Part shown: in pieces, positions 26,701-45,290 of the stretch
Position numbering within the stretch: position 1 is the first letter of the stretch
How the letters are laid out: each line of letters begins with the position of its first letter
Source of the DNA: the human T2T-CHM13v2.0 reference genome, Homo sapiens
Direction: 5' to 3' (one strand)
DNA: 64,000 nt
NCBI RefSeq assembly: GCF_009914755.1
Contig: NC_060931.1
Program-made: the position numbers and the translations under genes
The notes under the pieces: generated by a model
Seen by the model: only the letters and a program-made list of their open reading frames with translations
What the model was told of the DNA's origin: nothing
The model's database searches: none

Positions 26701-29700
26701 CATTCAACAACATACATCTGTTTGAAATTCACTGGAACATATACTCTAGGTGACAAAAGTGTCTGTCTTCCATTTTTCACATCCCAAGCATATGCCAGGC
26801 CATATTAAGTCATGATGACTTGCAGTTCATTACTACAGAGAAATAAGAATTTTACAGCTCATCCAATGAATTCATGCTGAGATCAGAGTTCTAGAGTAAC
26901 ATTTGACCATTTACATAAACTGGCAGTTTAATTTTTTAATAAAGGTTATAAAGTAGGAGCTCTGTCTGCTTTCAAGCAGTATTTTAAAAATTTGACAAAT
27001 TTATTTAGATTCGTTATTTTGGTTCATTTTTTAAAAATAAATGAATTTCCTACCCTGTCAGAAAGTCATACATATTGAAAACGTTTTCATTTGCCTTGTT
27101 TTTTTTTTCTAGAAAGAAGGACGGTTTGCTCAAATCTATCTTCTATTTTTCACTTTATCGACAAATGCCCAGATGTTTACATTCTCAAGGAGCTTAACTG
27201 ATGTTAGAAGTACAAACAGTGAATAGTTATTTTATCTTTTCTGCATAAACTTAAAAGGCCAACACGGTGATAGAAAAGCGGTATACTTTATTCTTATAAT
27301 TGACCCTCATAGTTAAGGTCTCTTTGGTGATGCTATTCTCTAAGCAAAGCTTTTTGGGAAAAAGTGAAATGTTAAAGAACTGGTGAACTTTCAGGGCAAG
27401 ATAAATTTTCAATCTAAAGCTTACAAGCACAAGTGCAAGAATTTGTCTGCCAGCCTTGGGCTATGGAATGTCCTTTTTTATTTTTTATTTTTTCAATTGG
27501 GGACAACCATTGAATTAGCCTTCTTTTATGTTCTATAGGTTTAAAGCTCTTTTATTTCAAAAGGCCTTTGGCATGGTACACTGATTTTATGTTTGATTTT
27601 TATTACTGATTTTAAATGCTTCTGCAGTTGTGTATATTTTTAGTACTCTAAGTATATTGTTCCTTGTAAAATACCTGGAGTATTTTCTAAGAAGCAGAAT
27701 ATTTTATGAATCTTTTTTTTGTATAATTAAATAATACATAATCTTTATGATACTGGCTTGAAGTTCCTAAAAATTTTAGAGGAAATGCAATGTGTAGCTC
27801 AGAGATTTGAGAAAAAAAATAGTTAAATAACAAATTCTTTCCTCAGATATTCCCTTCCACAGATGTAATGTGTGTAATGTATTTAATGTAAATAAAATAA
27901 AATAGAATCATGTTTTATAAACTACATTTATTATTTCTAGTTGCCTACTGGTGACATCTTGATTTTTCATTTTAAAAATGGTTTAGCTCTGTTCTTTATG
28001 GTGACTCAGACATTACAGCTACTTTTTTGTGTGTAGCATATAAATGAAAACTTAAAATTCCCTGTGGAGTATAAAATTAGCAAAGAACTTTTAAGTGCAC
28101 CTGATCAAAGTAAAAAAGTATACCAATTATTTATTTACAGTGGGATGTTAGAAACACAAATTTGCAGTGGTAGTTGTTATAAACCTTGCGGAAATGAATT
28201 TTACTAGACAGACATACATTTTCCAATATGGAAATAGCCCTACAATTTTATAAATTCTGTTCGAAACTATGTTTGGACGTAACCATAGCCAAACATGATG
28301 TAATTGTAGGAGTTTTCTATCAGATTGATATTCTTCATTAGGGTTACTTTGTAAGTATTATGGTGTAGTATTTTCACTACTCCGAGACTATACAAAAAAT
28401 CTAGTGAATCAAGCTGCCTGACTCTCTGTCACCCCAGTTCTCTTGTATTTATTGGAGAGTTCATATAAAAGCTCAACTATATACCAGTTTTAAATGTGAA
28501 TGGCCTCCTACACTCACAGGCTTAATGCTGCCTAATTTCCATTATAACATAAAATTATAATTTCTTTTGTTGTGTGGACAATAAGTTTCCCCATTTTTTG
28601 GAATGGGGGCTAAGGGTGCAATGGGAGAGAGATAAAGAAGAAAACAGATAGCTTGTTTGGGGGTTTTGGGAAAAATTTCTAAGATAGGAGTCCCTGAGCC
28701 TTATCTTCAGTTAGATATCACTGGTTATTTTAATGTTATTTTTAATGCATTGAGTAGTTTGTGTTGAGAAGCGTGATATTGAGTTAAGAGGGGATAGCAG
28801 ATGGTTCTGCCTAAGTTGATATCCATGTATTCTGTCTGTATTACTGGGAATATTGTTTAAAATTATGAAGCTTATTTTACATAAATGAATTTCACTTTCA
28901 CAAGTCAGAAGTGCATAAAATTAAGAGTACTTATACTTCAATAGAAAACTAGACAGGACAGCCAGTCCTTGTCCCTAGACTTTAAGGTATTACATTAAGG
29001 ATTAATTTTTCTATATTACTATCAGGAAAAAATTGCAAACGGTTCCAAATTTGCAGAGTATATTTGTGTGACATATGTATATTCACTTAACACTAAAATG
29101 TAATGGGGAGAATTTGCATATTTTTCATTAGCTAAAGTTCTTGTATTTCTCCAAGCCTGTCTTACTAAAATGTATATTCTGTCTATTCTCCCAATTTGAG
29201 CAATGTTAAATAATCGATTTTGAGAAATGTTTCTACCATTACTTATTTGTATGATTATTTGGATTGTTATGACACTTGTTATAAAACCTTTCGATCTTAA
29301 ATTCAAGACAATTTCCTAGAAAACACTTTTTTTTAGCTTCTGCAATATTCATTTCCTTACATGACATATTCCTTCGTAAAATTCTCTCCACTTCTGACTT
29401 CCACGAGGATGTACCTCACTGCTTCTTCTTCTCCTCTGGCTATTCTTTTTTTAATAAAAATTCTTCAGTGGTTCTACTTTGCTCTCCAAACCCCGAGACT
29501 CAGCTCTTAGTTCTCTGATTCTCCCTCACCATGTTTAGGTCAGCGATGTCCTCAACTCAGGAAGTTAATAACCATCACTGCAGCCCTAGATGTAATCACC
29601 TCCTGCACTGATCCCACCTCCCTAAGAGGTGTTGAAACCAGCGCAGTTATTCATGACTCCCTTTATACCCCAGTAAAATTTTTCCTTTATTTTTCTTTCT

Positions 29701-29884
29701 TTGTTAATGGTATTTTCATTCTTATGGCTCCCGGGTTTGAAATTCTGGATCATCATTGCCCTCCCTTAATTTTCAGACCACATGTTTAGTAATGAAGTTT
29801 AGTTATTATTACTAGGTTATGCCTCCCTGATTGAAATTATTCCTTTTTTTCTCCTTCATTCTACGCCCTTTTCATTTTACACAT

Positions 29885-29890
<6 letters not shown>

Positions 29891-29922
<32 letters not shown>

Positions 29923-29931
29923 CACACACAC
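29891..29931. repeat. (CA)n microsatellite
   Basis: directly visible. Confidence 0.95.
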
Positions 29932-30744
29932 CCAAAAAAGCAAGCCACCAACCAACTTTGTGCATGTCACTCACAAAAATCTTAATTGACACTTGAACAT
30001 TATTTGGTGACTTAATTACTCACCCCCTACTGCCTACCCACAAGTCACACACATCATCACTAGATTCCTATTTGGAATACAAAAATAGGGGAAATCCTGA
30101 ATCTAAATCAAAAATTAGTGAAGGGTATCATTAGATGCCAGAAAATTTCAAGAAATTGTTGCTATTTAGTTTAATTGATCAAAACTTTGGGCAAACCATA
30201 GGATTGGTTACAACCTTCTATATCGAGATAATGCTGCAATGCTAGGAAGCCTGTGCAGGAGACTCTTGATTCAGAAATGCCTTCTAATTTTAGGGCTTAG
30301 GGTTGGAGGAAGGTCCAGCTGAAGAGCCATTGAAGACCATACCACTTGACATTTCATTTGCGGTGACTCATTAGTAAGAAAAAGCAGCCAGACTGGGAGA
30401 TTGCAGGGCTCATGAGGTAGCTACCCTGAGCAGGAAACTAGCAGTGCAATGGGGTTTTCATGATTCAGCATCAGCAGAGTCACTTCTCCTCTCACTAATT
30501 GAGATGATGGCAGTGACTCATATTTCAAAGCAAAATACAGTTGCATTCTGGAAAAACATGATTATAGTAAATAGGAAATGCATAACACTTAATGTTTATC
30601 TATTTAGGGACTTTGACAGCTGACTTAATCCATATATATCTGGACCAATTCATTTTTATAAATCTCTATGAGATAACAGTTTATTTTCAGAAGGCTTTTC
30701 AGGAAATTCTGAAAATTAGCTTCCAGATATGTGTCATGCTAAGG

Positions 30745-30910
30745 CCTGTTGTAGAGTAGAACGTGGATGGACTTGGGAATCAGAGAGATGGATTCAAATT
30801 CTACCTCTGTCCCTGAACTTCTCTAATCCTGCAATCCTAACTTTTTAAATGGGAACAAGAATTCCTACCTGTAGGAGTGTTGAGTTTAAATAAAATAATT
30901 ATGAAAGAAC
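30745..30910 (+). mobile_element. MIR SINE fragment
   Basis: ggaatcagagagatggattcaaattctacctctg...tttttaaatgggaacaagaattcctacct. Confidence 0.6.
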
Positions 30911-32027
30911 TTGTCATTTGTTGGTTATTTCCACCATCCTTACCTCACATTTTCCAGAGGACTTTCTTATAATATTTTAGCAATGGCTATTTACATATTG
31001 TAAGTGTACCTCTTTTTCCTAATTAACAGGATTTTAATTATTCCCTTTACAAAACAATTTAAAGTGTAATCTTAAATTTTAATCTCCTGAAGGCACTGAA
31101 ATATTGGTTATTTAACAAGCAAGAAGCAGAAAACACCTAACTTGAGTTGAGTCAGTGACGATAGTAAATTAATCAGATAATGAAAATAAAATATGTCAAT
31201 GATAATTCAGGTCTGTGAAAATGTATGCTTTTACTTACAAATGTTCAATTGACATGCAGTTTTTAGGAATACATATTACTTAAAGTGAGGTGATTCTATG
31301 GCAGAAATTCAAGCATGATTAACTTTCATGAGTCCTCTGAAAACTTTATGAGAATTTGCTAATTGGCTGTTGTTAAAATTATGACACTTATCACCTAATC
31401 AGTAAATGTTCTTATGCCATCTATATTCTTTAGACCTCAGACCATCTGGCTCTGAGATCTGCCATCATAAAATGCCTGAAAAGTTTTATGAGCCTTAGTT
31501 GTAAATAGTAACATTTTTGGTTAAAGAAAGGAGTGGATTCCAATTTGAATAACCTTATAAAAAAGAAAATGCTTGGGATTCTCATTTTTACTATTATTGG
31601 TTGGATAAGCAGATGGAATTGATTATATGGTTCTATGGAAGACAAATTCAAAATATTCCTAGAAATAAGTATATGTCTCTGAGTGACTTTTTCTTCATGT
31701 ACTACCAGTTTAAAATTAAGACAAACAGAAATCTCTGAAATGTTTTATTCTTTTGATAGCACTCAATTCTTGTGTGCATTGCACTGATAATCAATTCAGT
31801 TAAAACTAGGAGATTTTGTGTTCTCATTTTCACTTTCTTCCTTTTCTCTCTAAATGATATGGAATAGGGGAATAAAGGTTATTAATAGTAGATACATCAT
31901 GAAAATATAAGCCCAAGATTTCTTTCAGAAAATAATTGAAACACTAGGCATTAGAGAGTGCAGGCTGAGTTCCACAGTAAATTTATAAAAATTGGCAAGT
32001 ATCAATGCCAAGAAGAGAATAGCAAAG

Positions 32028-32029
<2 letters not shown>

Positions 32030-32065
<36 letters not shown>
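32030..32065. repeat. (GT)n microsatellite
   Basis: directly visible. Confidence 0.95.
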
Positions 32066-32069
<4 letters not shown>

Positions 32070-32911
32070 GTGGAAACTAGGGAACTGGCAAATAAAAGAG
32101 GGTTCAAACCTTATCCTTCCTTAAATGAGGAACTCAGTTAAAAAAATCAATTTCAGGTCCTGATGTTTGTGAAGCAAGTAAAATGTTCGTCCGTGTATTC
32201 ATTTATTCATTCAATAAAACCTTTTGATGTTGAAGATAATATTATGAAATAAGACTATCCAAGATTTCCTTAATGCTTACGCTTCTTCTCAGAGTCAAAA
32301 CGATTCTTCCTTTGTGTTCAAAGCCGTAAATGCTAAAATAGCAAAAAGGTTAGAATACACTTTTAACTAAAAAAAAATATGTTTTTATACTCAAGGCAAT
32401 CAACCATGGAAACCATTAGTTATATCTACTTATGAATCTAAGAAGTAACTGATGGGGTTCTTCAGTAATATATCAGACTAAATTGACTGCATCTGTATTT
32501 GTCATCAAATACATTTGGATAAAATATAAACACATAAAAATAGCAAATACATAACTGGGTTTGAAATTAAATGAAGAAAAAATCCTAGAGCCAGAACTGA
32601 ATAGAGAAAAGTCAGTGGATTTTAACATTCTTATGCTTGTGTATTCTTTTCATGTATTTAATCATTGAACCATCTTTCTGAGGTATGTGTATGTTTGGGG
32701 GAGCTATTTTTTGAATTGGGGAAGAAAGTCTCAGCTTTAGGCACTGTGTAAATGGGGCACATGGAACTGAACATCTTTTATAAAACTTGGAGTCATAAGT
32801 GATAAGGTCATTGTGAAATAAAGACAAGGAAAGCTTGACTTCCACTCAGGCCTAGGAAGAGCAAGGAAGTTTGTCATTGTAGACATCAAAGTGGAAAGAA
32901 GAACTACCTGT

Positions 32912-33244
32912 TACATCCTTTGCTGGGACATGTATAAAGCTGGAGGCCATTATCCTTAGCAAACTGACACACAAACAGAAAACCAAATGCCGTATGTTCT
33001 TGCTTATAAGTGGGAGTTAAATGATGAGAACACATGGACACATAGAGGGGAACAACACACACTGGGGCCTTTTGGAAGGTGGAGGGTGGGAGGAGGGAGC
33101 GTATCAGAAAAAATAACTAATGAGTACCAGGCTTAATACCTGGGCGATGAAATAATCTGTACAATAAACCCCCATGACACAAGTTTACCTATGTAACGAA
33201 ACTGTACATGTACCCCTGAGCTTAAACTAACAGTTAAAAAAAAA
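32912..33244 (+). mobile_element. 5'-truncated L1PA (about PA13-PA16) 3' end with TSD
   Basis: L1 3' UTR plus A tail; TSD aaga(a/g)ctacctgt at 32899-32911 and 33245-33257. Confidence 0.85.
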
Positions 33245-33649
33245 AAGAGCTACCTGTGAGAGGTAAGAAATACCACGAAACCTTTTCCAGATTGGGTCTG
33301 TGTTCCAGGTTTGTAATTGCAGTGCATGGAGATACCCAAGCTGGAATTCTTGAGACTCTTAGGTCCCCCAGCAAAAGCAATCCTAAGGCCACATTGCAGG
33401 GATACTTTCTCAATCCAGGGCATGTAGAAATCCCAAAGAAGTAAACTCTGCTGAAGAAAAGTTTATAGTAAGGTAACAAACTCCATGAGAGGAAAAAATG
33501 CCATTAGAGGAATCATCAGATCCAACATGTTGAAGAATGTATACCTCCTAGGCTGGAGATTGCAGAACAGACTGAAGACACTTCAGTGCAAATCAAGAGA
33601 TGAAAGACAAACTAGAAATGAGAAAGATAAACTAAAGTACTTTGGGGGA

Positions 33650-34990
33650 AAAAAGGAAGATACGAAAGAACCATGTAGAAATTTAAAAAATGAAAAACGT
33701 AATCTTTGACATTAAAAAGAAACTCAATGGAAAGGTTAAATATAAGACTAGATTCATCTGAAGAAAGAGTGAATGAATTAGATTGCAGGTCTAAGGAGAT
33801 CATGCAGAATGCGGTACAAAGAATGAAAGATAGAAAACACGAAACAAGTTTGAGATGTGAGCAGCAGAAAGAGAAGATCCAACATAATTGTAATAGGAAT
33901 TTTAGGAAGAAAAGAGAGAAAATGGGGAGGTGGTGTTTATATGATGATGTAATAGGAAAAAATTATTAGAATTTTTTAAAAAATGTAATTCCTAAGCAGG
34001 TTTAAACATGTTAAGGAAAAACAAGTTTCCCCTGGAAACATCACAGTAAGATTATAGTCCAGAAAAAACCCAGTCAAATTTTAAAAGCTTTCTACTGGGA
34101 TGGAAAAATACATGTGAAGATTGCCTACAGAGGAACAGCAATCAGACTTTTGACAGGCTCTTATCTGTGTCTTCTTCTATTAGAAAGCAATGGAATTATA
34201 TTTTCAAAAATCTCTTAAAAAAAAGCCCTGTCAACTCATCTTTTGTATTCAAACAAACGATTACAGGGTAAGAAAGGAACAATGACTTTTATGCATAAAC
34301 AAAGACTAAGCGTTTACAATTCACATATTTTCCAAAACAAAAGCTATTTTAAGATGCATTCAACCAAAAGAAAAATAAACCCAGAAAGATGAGTAGGATG
34401 CAAAATCAATGCTGACAAATAAATTGGTAAATGTATTGTATTGTTAAGGTTAAAATACCCATTGGCAGTGAAGAAAAGGCAATTTGGAAAAAATTAAAGA
34501 GGAACCAGAAAATCAAACTGCAAAAGCATGAGAAATGATACAGGAAAGATTGAATTGAAAGTAGCATATCCTAAATTTCTATAATTGCTTTCAAGGTGGA
34601 TGGATTAAAGAATAACTTTGTTGAATATCTGCAGTAGTTAAAAAATGGAAATAATCTTTCATTAATAGGTTAAAAAGCATTGTATGTTTATATAATTAAT
34701 ATATAGCCATTAAAATAAAAAACCATAAATAACAATCTCAAAACCTAATGTTGAGTGAAAAACAGACAGTTGCAAAGTATACGTAATGCCTTATGTAAAC
34801 TTTTAAAATAACACTAAGCCATATGTTATATATTCTATGTATTTTAAATGTATAAATTGTACTAATATAGTGACAGAAGAAACACTAAATTCACGATGAT
34901 AATTGCCTATGGAGAGGAGGGAGGTGAATAGGCAAGTATTGGAGTTGACTGCACCTTTATCTGCAGTATACTCTTTTATATATAGAAAAA
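33650..34990 (+). mobile_element. ancient L1M remnant (ORF1 coiled-coil region and 3' UTR pieces)
   Basis: ORF 33706-33969 MERLNIRLDSSEERVNELDCRSKEIMQN resembles the L1 ORF1p coiled coil; L1ME-like tail near 34730-34950. Confidence 0.6.
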
Positions 34991-36375
34991 TAACCTGAGC
35001 ATGAGAAGGGCTAAGATTAAACTAAGAGATTAGTTTAGACTGACCTTTGTTTTTGATAAAAATACAGTCATCGTTTGCCTTCTGAATGAAGTCAGTGGCT
35101 TGGCTTTGAACACTTACAGCTGCTCCTTTGTTGTTGTCCTTGTTGTTTTGTTTGTTTGGCAGAAAAACAAATGTAGGAAGCTTATCTAGTTTGGAAAACT
35201 TGCTTCCAGAATCAGTCCTCCACAACACAGCAGTAGCAGCACAGTGGGAAAAGACAAAACATTCTTGATAAAGTTGATGCCTTAGAGATTTAAACTGGTG
35301 CAATTAAAAGAGGCCTTGATAAGATTTGATATTACACAGTGATACCTCAGTGTGCGCTAAGACTTCCAAATTTATACTTGCAGATAGAAAGATGCAAAAT
35401 GACATGCAACTTGGGATTCTAAAATATTTCAAGATCGGTGGTTGTTTCAAATGAGTGGTGTATTTTATTCTGTTTTCTCTTCAGGGGAAAATAGAGAAAC
35501 TACCTAAAAGCAAATGTAATATTGTTTTTGTTCAAATCCTAGACAAATGATGTATCTGTAATTTATTGATACCATAAACTTTGTTCTTAACAAATCAACT
35601 TTCAGAACTTAAACATTACATATGCACTTGATGAGTTGAATGATAATTTATTTGTAGCACGCAGTGCTAAGATAATAGGTTTTTTTCTTTTTTTTTTTTT
35701 TGGAAATGTGTGTTTGACAGACATAAAATATATGAGTTCAGTGTATCATCTGTATGAGATATGTACTTGGCCAAACATTTATCAGAAAGAATGCTGGCAC
35801 GTGTTCTGCTATTTCAGAGAATTATTGAAGGAATCATACTTAACGATGCTTTTTGGGAAAGTAGTATTTCTACTACCCATTTTCATCAAAATGACATCAA
35901 GTGACGCATCATCAGAATGTCTCTGCACAGTCCTTTAGATACTCCTAATTTAAAACTGATTAGAACTTGAATATAAATTTGTTACAATAAAGATAATTTT
36001 AATCAATGCCCATCCTTAAAAATTCACCTAAAAAAAACCTCCCAAAATAAAAACAGAAAACTGAAAGCAAAATACATGAAGCCGGGAGAGGGGAGCCTTA
36101 TATATTCAACAAAGAAAGCAGATACATCTCTCATCCACAGTCGATTAAGTTTACTTTCAAATTCTGAAAATTGGGGCCAAAGTAAACATAAATCTAAGAG
36201 CATACACAGACTCCTTTAAACCTCACACCAAAAGCAGCTGTCTTTAAAAGTTGGTCACCGAGAGCTGAAGGGTGTATCTTAAACATTGTGACTCCCATAC
36301 ATTCAGGACTTCGCATGACCTGTCCATCCTGTTCGGGAGGCTCCTTTCACAGATCATTGTAGGAATGACACCCTT

Positions 36376-36564
36376 TTAAAATAGTTCCACTTTGACATCA
36401 TCTCCGTTAAGAGGCTTTCTCTTGTCATTATTACTACAGAAGCATATCTTCCCACTTCCATCTTTCTCTAACTTGAAATCGTATTTTGTTTTTCCTTGAC
36501 ATTTGTCATTTTTTTAGGATTTGAGGTCCGCTTCTCAGTGAAATCCATGCCTTCTGGAGGATTC
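36376..36564 (-). pseudogene. candidate last coding exon (cytoplasmic tail) of a decayed multi-exon gene
   Basis: acceptor ttatttcccag|G; reads NPPEGMDFTEKRTSNPKK, then either MTNVKEKQNTISS* or, after a 1-nt shift in the A7 run, NDKCQGKTKYDFKLEKDGSGKICFCSNNDKRKPLNGDDVKVELF*. Confidence 0.5.
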
Positions 36565-37136
36565 CTGGGAAATAAATATTAAGCATGACTATTAAAATTT
36601 CTCTTTGACTATCAAATAGAGAAAAAGGTATATCTTATTTATTTGTTAATGTGTTTTTTGTCCCTGGCTTTTACTGGAATTTAAGTCTGAAGCAGTCAGG
36701 AACATTCATATCCCCCAAACCTAGAAGATTGCCTGACATATAACCAATAAAATAATTCTGAATAAATAATGAATTAATGATGAAAAGCTCATAAATTAAG
36801 GGTAAGATAAGTAGTGGTATAACTGAAGGATGTCATGTTTGTCATTTCTGGTTGTATTTATTTTGATCTCTCTTTTTACTAATCTAACAGTCTATCAAAC
36901 TCACTTAATCTTTTGAAGAACCAGCTTGGTTTCATTGATATTTTGTATGTTCGCCTCTCAATTTTGTTCATTTCAGCTGTGATTTTGATTATTTCTTTTC
37001 TTCTGCTAGTTTTCGAGTTGGTTTGCTCTTGTTTTTCTAGTTCCTCTAGGTGCAGCATTAGATTGTGAAGTTAAGATCCTCCTAACTTCTTGATGCAGGC
37101 ATTTAATGCTCTAAATTTTCCTCTTAACATTGCTTT

Positions 37137-40912
<3,776 letters not shown>

Positions 40913-41202
40913 GCACACAAATGACAAAACCTAAAAGAAATGGATAATTCCTGGAAACACAACCAAGATTGAACCCAGAAGAATTTGAAATCCTGAACAG
41001 GCCAATAATAAGTTCTGAAATTGAATTAGTAATAAAATCCTACCAACCAAAAAGAAAGAAAAAATCCTGGACTAGATGTATTCATAGCCACATTCTACCA
41101 AATGTACAAAGAGCTAGTACTAATTCTACTGAAATTATATCAAAATAATTGAGGAGGAAGGAATCCTCTCTAATTCACTCTATGAAGCCAGTATCATTCT
41201 GA

Positions 41203-41382
<180 letters not shown>

Positions 41383-42219
41383 TAAATGTGATTCACCAGA
41401 AAAACATAATTAAAAGCAAAACCACATGATCATCTCAACAGACACAGAAAAGGCTTTCAAAATTGTTTAACTTTCAATGCAGTACAGCTCTACACATAAC
41501 AAATCAAAATAAAGTACCCAGAAAGTACCCAGAAAGAGAAAAGCAGTGTTGTAAGAACTGGTGATGAAATATAGATGTTGACAATAATGTCATTTTCAAA
41601 GATTATGAAAAATGGGAGCTGGAAGGAGATTTAAATGTGTAAATGTTCTAATTTTAAAATACAGTACATGGCGTCAGTAGACACTAGAGTTAAAAACAAA
41701 AATGTAATGACTCCAAACTCTGAATGATTTTCATAATAATGTTTCTTCTTTAGAAAGATTTTTGAGGCTTTATTATCTTGTATGATGAAGAAACATTTAC
41801 CTGAAGTTCAGCAATTCTACTTTTATGTGTTTTTCATCCTTAAAATGAAAGAAAACTATATTTAATATTTTTCTTGGAATGGCATCTGTGACATACACCA
41901 GTTTTTCTACATTTTCATCTTTAATATCTTTGAATCTGTATATATGCATGGACTCAAGAGATATAAAGAATTATGTTAACAGTGATGACTTCTGTTCAGT
42001 AAATAGTGTTTTGTTTTACTTTTTGGCTTGATTTCTTTGGTATATCTGTTTTATATGACAAGTTAATACACTTACAAAAAGTCAGTAAAAGTTGACATCT
42101 AAATACTCTTTCATGGAATCACTTTATTTTATTTTTTCCCGTATATTTCAATTAGATCATGATTGTTTATTTAGTAATTAACATTGCTAATGATTGTTCG
42201 AATCCATAGCATTGCTAGT

Positions 42220-44370
<2,151 letters not shown>

Positions 44371-44449
44371 GCAATCATTTTTCTTGCAAGCTCTGATGTT
44401 AGTAATATCATAAGGGCTGGAAATTCCTTATAAATTTTCATGAACTTAC

Positions 44450-44566
44450 CTCTGATACCACAGGCATTGTATGATTAAATGATAGATACACTCATGATGT
44501 TATCCATATGTGATAATATTGTTGAACTATGTCCTTCCTGGTTTTTTATCATGGAAATTTGTATTC
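44450..44566 (-). pseudogene. candidate transmembrane-encoding exon of the decayed gene
   Basis: donor GAG|GTAAGT at 44449; acceptor cluster ttttatagattagtag (44575 or 44567); IQISMIKNQEGHSSTILSHMDNIMSVSII, 1-nt shift, IIQCLWYQR; ends in phase 2, matching the 36564 exon. Confidence 0.55.
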
Positions 44567-44941
44567 CTACTAATCTATAAAATTATTCTATAGAGGACCA
44601 AAATCCTTTTTAATAGAATATGTTCAAAAATCCAGTTGAATGAAGAAAATTATCTAAATTATCTTCTTGGGATAATGGACCCAAGGTGGATGTGCATAGT
44701 TAATGGGGACAAGAGGCAGATGATTCTGCATTTCCTTCCTCATAGTCTGAGATGGATGCTCCCTGACATGTGAAATAATAGTTAAAGGCACAGTATTTAA
44801 GAAAAACTTATCAGTATGTTTGAAATCATTACCAAAAATTGCTTTACACTATCAAAGTGCCTTGATAACTTATATGAGGAAATACAATTATCTTTCACTG
44901 AAAAATCTTCAAAAACTTTCTGTCTCTGAAATTAAACTTAC

Positions 44942-45045
44942 GTGTGTCATAGGATTTAGGACCCAAATCAGGGAACCCTATAAGCTATTACAATTTGTCT
45001 TCCCAACTCTCTCTGGTCATTGTTTCTTCATAGGTAGCTTCAGCT
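44942..45045 (-). pseudogene. candidate exon of the decayed gene
   Basis: tcttcttag|A...CAC|GTAAGT; 104 nt; AEATYEETMTRESWEDKL**LIGFPDLGPKSYDT. Confidence 0.55.
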
Positions 45046-45064
45046 CTAAGAAGATTTGCTCATG

Positions 45065-45290
45065 TTTTGAACTGAGACTTTCACTAAGCACTTACTCTGT
45101 GTCAGGCCCTCTGGTAGGTTTTAGGGAAATAAAGAGATGAGTAAGATTCAGTCCCTGTCCTTGAGGTTGTCACACAGTCTAATGGAAAAGGCAAACGTGC
45201 AGCTAATTATAATTACAATGTGCTAAATAATCAAATAAAAAATATGAATAAGGTACTCTGGGAGATGTGATAGTAATTAATTCTGCCTAG
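45065..45290 (-). mobile_element. L2 3' fragment
   Basis: cactaagcacttactctgtgtcaggccctctggtagg...cagtccctgtccttgagg. Confidence 0.6.
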
